Assembly (NCBI GenBank): GCA_965205675.1
Contig: OZ242186.1
Span: 1,024,001 to 1,088,000, forward strand
Direction: 5' to 3'
DNA length: 64,000 bases
From: Nitrosopumilus sp.
GTDB lineage: Archaea > Thermoproteota > Nitrososphaeria > Nitrososphaerales > Nitrosopumilaceae
Part shown: piece by piece, positions 32,603 through 42,263 of the stretch
Layout of the letters: every line of letters starts with the position of its first letter
Position numbering within the stretch: the first letter of the stretch is position 1
The notes under the pieces: generated by a model
Seen by the model: only the letters and a program-made list of their open reading frames with translations
Told to the model about the DNA's origin: nothing
The model's database searches: none
Made by a program: the position numbers and the translations under genes

Positions 32603-33984
32603 GTAACTGTCTAGAGTTTTGAAGTAAAATCTCCAAGATATTCTAAAGAATAATCATGAAAGTTTAATCCTCGTAATCTGCATGTCTCCTTTATACTCAT
32701 CAGTATCTTATGAGAATCAGCACCATGAATGGTTCTATGACCGTTTGTAATTTTACGAATTATCACATTTGGTCTGATTGCCCTCTCTGCTGTGTTATTG
32801 TGTGAATCAGTTCCAGTAATTAGGAATGTAAAAAGCATTTTTCTCTCACGTTTCAATCTTTTTACAAACCTGATACAGTTTTTCTCTGTGTATTTTTTTG
32901 ATATGATGTGATTAATTCTCCTTTCAAGATTCTTTTTTGCATGGATTCTTTCTGATTCTGATTTTATTTTTGCCACACCATGAGAGTCATAAATTATTTT
33001 CTTGAGATTCTTGGCAAATGGTGCAAATTCTGGTCCGGGATTCTTGTGATTAATGGTATCATTAACCTCTCTGAGATAATGGATGTGACATTTCTGGTGA
33101 GTGCTTCCAACATGGTTCCATGCAGGGTACGAATCACTTGTAATGTTGCCATCATATCCCTTGAGAATTCTCTTGGGAACATCCATTGAACGTGATTTGT
33201 CAATCTCGTAAATTACAGTCCATTTACTCACAAATGCCCACAACCAGTGGTTCTGGCCATCTACCCTCCAACTTGTCTCATCACCATGTATGTTTAGATC
33301 TTCTTTTAACTCCACAATCATTGTATCATATCTGCTCCCAAATGCTTTTGATACTATTGATACTGCATGATTAATTGCAGATTCTGTAATGTGCAGTGAG
33401 AAGAGCATCTGCAAAAGATGAGATATTTTACCATACGATAATCCGATAGTTTTTAGTGATGTGATTAGCACCATGAGCCTAATTCCAAACCTTTCATTTG
33501 ACAGTACAGTGTGAATGTTACCCGAGATTTGTTTTTTGCAGTTTGTGCAGTATCGTCTAACTATCGTATATTTTGTCACAACTGCTTTTGCAGGAATGAT
33601 GTCTTCTACTATTCTGGTGTATGAATCAGTTGGTTCTGAGAGTGATTTGCCACATGTGTTGCACTCTTTTTGGTCAACTGTAATGGCATCATCAATGTGT
33701 GCCCGTCTGCTTCTGCTTTTTCTAGGATGTCTTGATGTTTTCTTCTTTTTTGCAGTTTCAGTCTTGTTTGGTTTTGCTTTGATATTTCTTGCAACAAGTG
33801 TAGACACTGTTTGTTTTAGTTCTGCAATTTCTCTGTGTAGTGATTCAATATCTTTGCGTAACTGACGGTTTTCTTGCTCCAGCGAGTGACATCTGTTACG
33901 ATAATATTCCAGCTCATCATATACTGACAATTGTATATTGTAATTTGTCACTGATCAGAAAAGATATAGATAAAAAATATTAAA
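32603..33984 (-). mobile_element. IS66-family copy 2 (446-aa transposase 32611-33951; left TIR missing)
   Basis: Near-identical to copy 1 with a 21-nt in-frame extra segment. Confidence 0.95.
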
Positions 33985-34088
33985 TTCTGCAAAGTGCAAC
34001 AATAATCAGGTATTTTGATTTTACTTCAATTGGAGACAGTAACAATTCTTATGAAATTACAAAATGACACTAAGATTGAACAGTGTAG

Positions 34089-34150
34089 ACTGATCAAAAA
34101 GTTTTTTGTTTTGGAATTATTTAGTTCACGAACTTTATCTTTTCGCTATA
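34089..34150 (-). mobile_element. isolated IS630-A left end
   Basis: Matches 43283-43344. Confidence 0.85.
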
Positions 34151-34168
34151 TGATCACTTTTCTATCTA

Positions 34169-34573
34169 TTACCAATCATCCAATGGCCATGGATTTGCAC
34201 ATACAGAATGATAAGGACTGGCTCTAGGAATACAATTATCATCATAACCATCTATACTAAATAATACTAATCTATTATCATGTATTCTGAAATAAAATGT
34301 GTAAGAATCATATTTAGATTTAAAACTACCATCACCATTATACCATGGTGATAAACTCTCTTCAATATGAGTCACACGATATGAAATAGTTTCATCAATA
34401 CCTTCTTTGTCTTTGAACAAATAGTGATTTATAAATAATTTTTCAAAACTATCATATTGCTTTTCAATTAAATTATCAGGTGCTGTTGGTATTTCATACA
34501 ATACAATAAAACCAATAGATAATAGGATAACAGCAGAACCAAATAAAAAAAGAACAGATGTGAATTTAATCAT
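34169..34573 (-). CDS. membrane-anchored 134-aa partner in GPVG cassette 4
   Basis: ATG 34573 overlaps the upstream stop (ATGA); N-terminal TM, C-terminal Cys pair. Confidence 0.78.
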   Translation of the reverse strand: MIKFTSVLFLFGSAVILLSIGFIVLYEIPTAPDNLIEKQYDSFEKLFINHYLFKDKEGIDETISYRVTHIEESLSPWYNGDGSFKSKYDSYTFYFRIHDNRLVLFSIDGYDDNCIPRASPYHSVCANPWPLDDW

Positions 34574-36963
34574 TGCAGACCAAAAGTTGTTTTGACATTT
34601 TCCCATGCGCTGAATGCCTTGTAGTAATGCTGTTGAGGGGTATCGCCACACAGACTTGTAACGTCAGATACATCTACTCGGGATTGGTTCTCAGATAACG
34701 CTTCAAATATACAAACTGCACCCTCATGAACACCTACCAATTCAGACATGCCATTATGATGGTAAATGATTGGAGCTCCACTGTCTCCACGTTCACTAGG
34801 GTATATGGATAATCCCATATTGGTATGTTGGAAAACCCTATCAATTATTGTGGCATTTTTGAACAATAATGACCCATCACCATTATTGTTAATACCATAA
34901 ATTGTTAATGCTTCACCACGTTCTACATCAGATAACACACCTTGTGTAACATCAAATACAGTTCCGTTTAATGCTTGAACTTTACTACCAACAATTATGT
35001 TTGGCTCAGTAATTGGTATGAATGCAGCATCCACATTCCCTGAATTAGAAACAGGTACTAACTCAGATGTAATCTTTGTTTCATTAATACCAATTGCATG
35101 TTCAACAAATGTAAAACCGGGGTCTATTTCTAAACCGTGTCCTGAAACTACAATACCATTAATACCTGTAGAATTAGTAACCCCAATGGTTAACGTGGAT
35201 GTTTTGTTCTGAGGGATCTCAGTAGAATTCTGAACTACCATATGATATTCATTTCCACCATAAAATTCCTTAACAGTTGATGTTTGTGGATTGACAGGTG
35301 CAGTGTATGCATGTACATTTACAATAAATGAACCAGTGCCGACATTTGCTGCACTATCTGTAGCAGTACAAGTTACAACAGTTATGCCAATTGGTGCGGT
35401 ACTTCCACTTGTAGGAGTACAACTAACAGGAACTGTACCGTCTATCATATCATAAGCTGATGCCGTGTAACTTAGAGTTGTTGCTGTATGATATTGGGGC
35501 AAATCGATATTCATATTACTAGGAACCGTAATTACTGGACTTGTTACATCTGAGACAGGGACCATAACTGTGTTACTATCAAAGTATTGCGTGTAACTGC
35601 CACCATTAGAATATTGGGCCTTTACCTTGATGGTGTAATTATCTCCCTCACCAGGTGATGAATATGTATATGCAGTACTAGTCGTGCTGCCAAGATACGT
35701 GTTACGTTGACCATTCTCTGAATAGTACACCTTGTATCGTTTTATATCGCTGCAACTATTATTCCAAGTAGCATCAATTCCCCCATTATCATTTAATGAT
35801 GCGCGTACATCAAGTGTGCATTGGGATGGAGCAGATAAAGTGCCCGTAATCTTTACATTGTCAATTCCAACATCTTCTGTGCTTGAGCTCTGCTCTGTTA
35901 CAAATCTGACTTTGAATCCATCTTGGAGATAGCCTGATAAGTTGTATGACTCTTTGTGCCATGTTGAATCATCACCGACTCTGTCTGTCCACTTGAAAAT
36001 CTCAGTCCATCTGTTGTTATTTCCAACCTCTACTTTGAGGTATTCGCCTCGGTCAAGACTATTATCTACATATCTGTGAAATTCTAGTGTTGCAGCAGAA
36101 TATTCTGATAAATTAACAGAGTCACGCAACGCAAGTATGCATGATTCATCATCACAGTCATCAGCTTCTGCAATTTTGTTGGAACGCGTTTCTCCAGATA
36201 TCACAGCAGAGTCATCAAGTGTGCCTCCTTGCCATTCACGTTGTCCTGATTCAACCCATTTTGAGATGCCGTTTACAAAAGTGTCTTGAAATATTACGGT
36301 ACCTAATGTTGGAGCGGTACTGGATGTGCTACTTGTACTTGGAACGGTACTTGTAGTGCCAGATGTAGGTACGGTAGTAGATGATAGCAAAGTTGGCAAT
36401 GCTGTATATCCTGCAGAAGTGATTGCATCAGCATAAGTACCACATCTGCTTGTGGTATGAGTTGGCAGACATCTATCCACGTATCTGTCCCAGTAGTAAC
36501 ATACAGATGAGCCAGAATCAGCAGGACAAGTAGTGGCCTGAGAAGCTCCGACTTCGGGTACGAAATACCCGTACTTTATCTCTAGGGGCACTAGAATCCC
36601 CAACTCCTCTTGTATGTCATCAATGTCTAAAGGATCAAGGGCCTGCACCGGGTCTAGCAATAAGACTAGCTTGTTTTTTGCCTCATCAACCCACGTGCCC
36701 TCAAGATATACTTGCTCATCTACGTACCCTACACTGTTTATTGCAAGTGTGTTCTCGATGATTACATCAGTAACATCACTGTGTGCCTTGTACAGTTCGC
36801 TGACTATGCCTACAGGGCCTATCGGTTCATCATCAGAAATAAATCCAGACAAGGTACTATTTGATATGGTAAAATCATCATTGACACTTTGAGCCAAAGT
36901 ATCACTCATTGCTACAGGAATTAATATTAGAGTGAATAGTATTGCATACTTTAGCTTATTCAT
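34570..36963 (-). CDS. secreted multidomain S1 (trypsin-like) serine protease, GPVG-motif protein 4
   Basis: Signal peptide, EPIGPVGIVSEL, Ser/Thr linker, beta-sandwich, FN3-like and HYR-like domains; triad VSGHG / DAAFI / GDSGAP. Confidence 0.85.
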   Translation of the reverse strand: MNKLKYAILFTLILIPVAMSDTLAQSVNDDFTISNSTLSGFISDDEPIGPVGIVSELYKAHSDVTDVIIENTLAINSVGYVDEQVYLEGTWVDEAKNKLVLLLDPVQALDPLDIDDIQEELGILVPLEIKYGYFVPEVGASQATTCPADSGSSVCYYWDRYVDRCLPTHTTSRCGTYADAITSAGYTALPTLLSSTTVPTSGTTSTVPSTSSTSSTAPTLGTVIFQDTFVNGISKWVESGQREWQGGTLDDSAVISGETRSNKIAEADDCDDESCILALRDSVNLSEYSAATLEFHRYVDNSLDRGEYLKVEVGNNNRWTEIFKWTDRVGDDSTWHKESYNLSGYLQDGFKVRFVTEQSSSTEDVGIDNVKITGTLSAPSQCTLDVRASLNDNGGIDATWNNSCSDIKRYKVYYSENGQRNTYLGSTTSTAYTYSSPGEGDNYTIKVKAQYSNGGSYTQYFDSNTVMVPVSDVTSPVITVPSNMNIDLPQYHTATTLSYTASAYDMIDGTVPVSCTPTSGSTAPIGITVVTCTATDSAANVGTGSFIVNVHAYTAPVNPQTSTVKEFYGGNEYHMVVQNSTEIPQNKTSTLTIGVTNSTGINGIVVSGHGLEIDPGFTFVEHAIGINETKITSELVPVSNSGNVDAAFIPITEPNIIVGSKVQALNGTVFDVTQGVLSDVERGEALTIYGINNNGDGSLLFKNATIIDRVFQHTNMGLSIYPSERGDSGAPIIYHHNGMSELVGVHEGAVCIFEALSENQSRVDVSDVTSLCGDTPQQHYYKAFSAWENVKTTFGLQ

Positions 36964-37004
36964 GTTCTAATCGGGTCACAAAGAAATTTCAATATAAAGA
37001 TAAT

Positions 37005-37325
37005 GGTAATACCTACTCATTTGGAACAGGTTTTACAAGCATTTTTGCTAACATTTCAAAGATATTCTCATCTCTGTTGTTGAATCTAAATTCTATCCCT
37101 TTGAGATACAGATGAAAATATTGTTTAGAAACTCCTTTGTAATGATACATCCAAGTTTTAGCATAACTCCAAAATCCCTCCATTCCATTGATGTGAACAT
37201 CGCCTCTAGCATACTCATCTTTTCCATGAGATACAATCTGGTGCTTTCCTCTCATTATCAATGATGCATATGCTGTATGCTCATCGGTGTAGTATAGTGA
37301 ACCCCTTCTTGTATGTTTTTTGATT
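37005..37325 (-). pseudogene. IS1595-family transposase 3' fragment
   Basis: YTDEHTAY, HINGMEGFWSYAK, YLKGIEFRFNNR; 5' part replaced by a MITE. Confidence 0.85.
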
Positions 37326-37465
37326 AGACCTCTTGCGTAATTATAGAGATTTTTTCTCAAATTTTGTATTTTAACAGAATTCATACCTGAAAATTCAAAT
37401 TTCTCAACCAATTTGAAAAATCCTGCAGCAAAATTCACGCCTAGAAATAATTACGCAAGATGTCT
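37326..37465. mobile_element. 140-bp MITE with IS5/ISL2-type TIRs, second copy (inverted)
   Basis: Reverse complement of 10359-10549 without the 51-bp duplication. Confidence 0.92.
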
Positions 37466-37606
37466 AATTACTACAACATCAGAATCTAGAATCTTTGTAA
37501 ATATAGTGTCTAGTATGCTGTTCTCCACTTCAAGCTCGGTAATTATTTTGCTTAATTCAGATTCTAATGCGTCAAGATTTTCTATTTTGTGAATTTTAAA
37601 CATGAT

Positions 37607-38344
37607 CTAAACAGTGTCATCCTTTTTTGTTACCTTGTAGTAAATTATATTTCCCTTTCTGCCTGTTATCTCCAACCATTTCAAGTGAACGAAAATATGA
37701 AATGCAGACCTTGAAGGAAGTCTATTATTGCCACAAGCCCTTTGCTCCATGTTCTCAACCCATTTTCTGATAAATGGTTCTCCTTTGTTGATTTTAGATA
37801 CTTTGAGAGTGGCACGCCAAATCTTCATTATGCGTGAATTTTTATCTGTCATAGAACCTAAAATAATTCTGTAAGGTGGCAAGTTGGGTTTTGTCTTGAT
37901 TAACACAATCCAATAGTTAGGATCATCAGTCTTTGTGCAGAAATAATAAAAACCTCTATTTGGAAATCCTCTACTGCGGGCATCTCGAAATTCCTCTCGT
38001 AAATCTTTGAACTCTTTATCTGTTGGTTTTATCAGGTTGGATTTTTCCTCAAACGGTTCATTCTTTATTATTGATTCAATCTCTGATGATTTTTGAGAAA
38101 AATTAAGAGTGTAAAACGTCTTTCCGTTAACCTTGACATCTTCAATTATTTTAGATGAAAATAATTCCTCATAGGCAATTTGAGTATTGTTCTCAAAATT
38201 GCCTGCAAACTGTTTGAATAATTCTGCCTCATCTGTTATCCTGTATGAATTACCTGAATGGCTACGAAGAACAAAGAACTTGACAATACGTCTTTTCCAT
38301 TCTTCAACTGTGAACATTACAATAAAGCTTAATGATTTTGTCAT
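37607..38344 (-). CDS. hypothetical protein (245 aa), possible winged-helix domains
   Basis: Long intact ORF divergent from an HTH gene; true start may be ATG near 38317. Confidence 0.7.
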   Translation of the reverse strand: MTKSLSFIVMFTVEEWKRRIVKFFVLRSHSGNSYRITDEAELFKQFAGNFENNTQIAYEELFSSKIIEDVKVNGKTFYTLNFSQKSSEIESIIKNEPFEEKSNLIKPTDKEFKDLREEFRDARSRGFPNRGFYYFCTKTDDPNYWIVLIKTKPNLPPYRIILGSMTDKNSRIMKIWRATLKVSKINKGEPFIRKWVENMEQRACGNNRLPSRSAFHIFVHLKWLEITGRKGNIIYYKVTKKDDTV

Positions 38345-38441
38345 ATATAATTTGCCATGATTGGCGATTATTAAGAGTGATTATGAAGCTTCAATAGCCA
38401 ATTTTGGCAACTAATATATAGATTAACCATGTATCTAATAC

Positions 38442-38780
38442 ATGGAATTAGTAACAGAAGAAGAAACACAATTACCTCTTACACGGTTGTTTAATACTGC
38501 AACTGCAAAGGTATTAGATTTTCTTCTTAGCAATGAAGGACTAGAGTATTCTGAAAATGAAATATCACAGCTCACAGCAGTACCAGACCGTACACTTCAA
38601 AGAAGCTTGCAGACACTTCTAAACGAACACATCATAAAACGCAATAAAAACAAAGGTAGAGTGTATTATTACACTGCAAATCTTTCATCTCCTAGGGTTA
38701 GCGGATTGCTTAGTTACATCAACTCTACATTGATCTTCAACCTTGAAAACGCAATGCGTTCAAACAGTCCTAAAAAATAG
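38442..38780 (+). CDS. winged-helix DNA-binding protein
   Basis: KVLDFLL...SENEISQLTAVPDRTLQRSLQTL...GRVYYY. Confidence 0.82.
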   Translation: MELVTEEETQLPLTRLFNTATAKVLDFLLSNEGLEYSENEISQLTAVPDRTLQRSLQTLLNEHIIKRNKNKGRVYYYTANLSSPRVSGLLSYINSTLIFNLENAMRSNSPKK

Positions 38781-39149
38781 CTATTGTATTTGTCTTAACT
38801 CTGATTCAGCCTTTGAGACTTTATGTTCCAATTCTTTTTATTCTTTCATAAATTTGTCTGTAAGTGCCAACCTGTTTAATGGCGTGTCCTGTCTCTATTT
38901 TTTTCTGTATTGGTTCCATAGATGTGCTTATAGGTATTTTTAACACACCACAAACAATTTTCTTAATTCGATAATTTTGGATCATATGTTTGTATAGGTA
39001 ATGCCTTTCATAATTCAAATAGGATAATGTCAAACTAGGGCTAAATGAAAGCCCAGCATGACGGGTTGATGAAACTGCAAAAGTTTTGTCAACATGGTAT
39101 AACCGGATTAGTAAATCCAATTTAGAATATGACATATTGAATGCAGATG

Positions 39150-39284
39150 TATAGCGAAAAGATAAAGTTCGTGAACTAAAAATCATCAAAAAACTAGAGA
39201 TTAGATGATTTTACCTAAGGTAAATACGAATAAACAATCTGAAACACCTTGAAAATAGTTCATGAACATATGCTTCTCGCTATA
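39150..39284. mobile_element. 135-bp MITE with IS630-A-type ends
   Basis: Left TATAGCGAAAAGATAAAGTTCGTGAACTA; right end reverse complement TATAGCGAGAAGCATATGTTCATGAACTA. Confidence 0.7.
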
Positions 39285-39359
39285 TGTTGGGGGTAAATAA
39301 TTGATAATCACCTAATTTTAATTACTGACTTTAACTTCAGAGTCTTGTTTTATGTCATT

Positions 39360-39596
39360 AGACCTCTTGCGTAATTAGACATATTTTACCATACTACACA
39401 GATTCCTTCACAGCAAGATCCAAAGCTAAGAACAACTTAACACATTTCATGTCAACACACAAGCAACTCTCAAAAAAGCCAAAATCCCTTCTCTCTTTTA
39501 CTGGAGTGACCAGGCAGCACTTTGATGTGATTCCATAAGATTAGAAATTAAATTCAATGAAAGATAAGATTTTGTCTGTAATTACGCAAGAGGTCT
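39360..39596 (+). mobile_element. internal-deletion derivative of the IS5/ISL2-like element
   Basis: Both TIRs present; the first ~170 bp and last ~70 bp of 7234-8309 are joined directly. Confidence 0.92.
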
Positions 39597-39762
39597 AGTG
39601 ATCAGATCATCAAAATGCACCAGAACCTAAAAGCTAAATCCGTCACTTATCAAAATAATTTTATGCCTGTAATTTACACGGTGATGAGAGGGGTTTAGCT
39701 TTTAGGCATGAAATAGATTTTTCTAAAAAACCATTAAATAATATATCCATCTATAGATATAC

Positions 39763-39999
39763 ATGGAACAAACAAGTATTGCAGTTTCAAAAAAATCAAA
39801 AGAAGAATGGGAGAAATTCAAGAACTATCCTGGCGAATCAATGGAAACTATGATTAATCGAATTCTAAAACACCAGAAAGAAGAGGATGATGAATTACTT
39901 ACAGAAAAGGAAATTGCTGAGATAAAAGCATCAGTTGCAGACATTGAACAAGGTAACTATATCACACAAGAACAGATGAAAAAAAAATACGGATTGTAA
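39763..39999 (+). CDS. putative type II antitoxin
   Basis: Acidic 78-aa protein, N-terminal TSIAVSKK...ESMETMINRIL, 1 nt upstream of a RelE-like gene. Confidence 0.8.
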   Translation: MEQTSIAVSKKSKEEWEKFKNYPGESMETMINRILKHQKEEDDELLTEKEIAEIKASVADIEQGNYITQEQMKKKYGL

Positions 40000-40000
40000 T

Positions 40001-40261
40001 TTGACAGTTATTTGGAAAATCATTTATTCTGACAAAGCCCAAAAAGATCTGGATCATATCGGTCCAGACATTGCAAAAAAAGTAATCTTGTTGATGGATG
40101 AAATTGCATTGGATCCCTATGGGTTGCTTGAAAAGATGACAAACTCACCCTTTCATAAATTTCGTATTGGACAATATCGTGGGATTGTACATGTCATAAA
40201 TGACAAACTCATTTTGCATGTATTCAAAATAAAACATCGCTCCCAAGTCTACAAAGAATGA
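40001..40261 (+). CDS. RelE/ParE-family toxin
   Basis: WKIIYSDKAQKDL, KFRIGQYRGI, KHRSQVY. Confidence 0.88.
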   Translation: MTVIWKIIYSDKAQKDLDHIGPDIAKKVILLMDEIALDPYGLLEKMTNSPFHKFRIGQYRGIVHVINDKLILHVFKIKHRSQVYKE

Positions 40262-40295
40262 TTTTGATATGCTACATACGGTTCTCTTGCGTTAT

Positions 40296-40347
40296 CAGTA
40301 GATGGGAAAGTACATCAAATCACACATTCTAGGAAATAATTATTTTT
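40296..40347 (-). mobile_element. diverged ISH3-like right-end remnant
   Basis: CAGTAGATGGGAAAGTA...CACATTCTAGGAAATAATTATTTTT resembles 51664-51715. Confidence 0.8.
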
Positions 40348-41737
40348 GTAACTGTCTAGAGTTTTGAAGTAAAATCTCCAAGATATTCTAAAGAATAATC
40401 ATGAAAGTTTAATCCTCGTAATCTGCATGTCACCTTTATACTCATCAGTATCTTATGAGAATCAGCACCATGAATGGTTCTATGACCGTTTGTAATTTTA
40501 CGAATTATCACATTTGGTCTGATTGCCCTCTCTGCTGTGTTATTGTGTGAATCAGTTCCAGTAATTAGGAATGTAAAAAGCATTTTTCTCTCACGTTTCA
40601 ATCTTTTTACAAACCTGATACAGTTTTTCTCTGTGTATTTTTTTGATATGATGTGATTAATTCTCCTTTCAAGATTCTTTTTTGCATGGATTCTTTCTGA
40701 TTCTGATTTTATTTTTGCCACACCATGAGAGTCATAAATTATTTTCTTGAGATTCTTGGCAAATGGTGCAAATTCTGGTCCGGGATTCTTGTGATTAATG
40801 GTATCATTAACCTCTCTGAGATAATGGATGTGACATTTCTGGTGAGTGCTTCCAACATGGTTCCATGCAGGGTACGAATCACTTGTAATGTTGCCATCAT
40901 ATCCCTTGAGAATTCTCTTGGGAACATCCATTGAACGTGATTTGTCAATCTCGTAAATTACAGTCCATTTACTCACAAATGCCCACAACCAGTGGTTCTG
41001 GCCATCTACCCTCCAACTTGTCTCATCACCATGTATGTTTAGATCTTCTTTTAACTCCACAATCATTGTATCATATCTGCTCCCAAATGCTTTTGATACT
41101 ATTGATACTGCATGATTAATTGCAGATTCTGTAATGTGCAGTGAGAAGAGCATCTGCAAAAGATGAGATATTTTACCATACGATAATCCGATAGTTTTTA
41201 GTGATGTGATTAGCACCATGAGCCTAATTCCAAACCTTTCATTTGACAGTACAGTGTGAATGTTACCCGAGATTTGTTTTTTGCAGTTTGTGCAGTATCG
41301 TCTAACTATCGTATATTTTGTCACAACTGCTTTTGCAGGAATGATGTCTTCTACTATTCTGGTGTATGAATCAGTTGGTTCTGAGAGTGATTTGCCACAT
41401 GTGTTGCACTCTTTTTGGTCAACTGTAATGGCATCATCAATGTGTGCCCGTCTGCTTCTGCTTTTTCTAGGATGTCTTGATGTTTTCTTCTTTTTTGCAG
41501 TTTCAGTCTTGTTTGGTTTTGCTTTGATATTTCTTGCAACAAGTGTAGACACTGTTTGTTTTAGTTCTGCAATTTCTCTGTGTAACTGACGGTTTTCTTG
41601 CTCCAGCGAGCGACATCTGTTACGATAATATTCCAGCTCATCATATACTGACAATTGTATATTGTAATTTGTCACTGATCAGAAAAGATATAGATAAAAA
41701 ATATTAAAGAAAGTACTTCAAAACTCTAGACAGTTAC
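40348..41737 (-). mobile_element. IS66-family copy 3 (1390 bp; transposase 40356-41675)
   Basis: Both 24-bp TIRs; protein differs from copy 1 by an E>V change near the C-terminus. Confidence 0.95.
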
Positions 41738-42251
41738 CTTTTTTTGCTTTTTTGTTAAGTTTGAAAAATACCTTGACTAATTGGAACCCACAATTTATCT
41801 GAAAATTTATCAAAAATTGATTCTTAGAATGATTGATTCTGAAATCGCTTTTGATTCCCTTAATGGCTAGAAGGGAAATTTTGTTGGGATTGTTATTAAT
41901 GTCATGTTTCATCTCCATAATTCGTTTTTGTCTGTATTTCACATCATCAATTAGTCTCTGTGGTTCTGGCTCTATTATCTCAAGAATATTTGTGCCAAAA
42001 TCAAAATCAGGAATATCTGCATCTTTGGCATGTTGTAGATTTACAGATGTAATTGCCTGAACTGGGACTGTTCCCTTGATCCCATTGATCGTATATGTAC
42101 CATGTCGTAATCCGTTTTTTACAGAGATATCTACAGTCAAATCATGATCTCCTAGGCAATCCAATGTAATAAAGTCCGCGTTCTTTGGAATTGATCGATT
42201 AGTCAGAAAAAATCTCGAACAAAAAGTCTGGTTTGTAAGTTTTAATTTCAT
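41738..42251 (-). pseudogene. hypothetical gene truncated by IS66
   Basis: ORF runs into the TIR (GNCLEF stop); IS630 lies directly upstream. Confidence 0.55.
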
Positions 42252-42263
42252 GATTTATCAAGA

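Noticed and set aside
38821-39189. 122-aa minus-strand ORF
   Set aside because: Starts inside a MITE end and has no recognisable protein features
8507-41589. Short ORFs repeated three times inside the IS66 copies
   Set aside because: Alternative-frame or antisense ORFs that recur only because the element is repeated
9729-41737. Shared C-terminal NCLEF motif in three ORFs
   Set aside because: It is the translated IS66 TIR, marking truncation and not a protein motif
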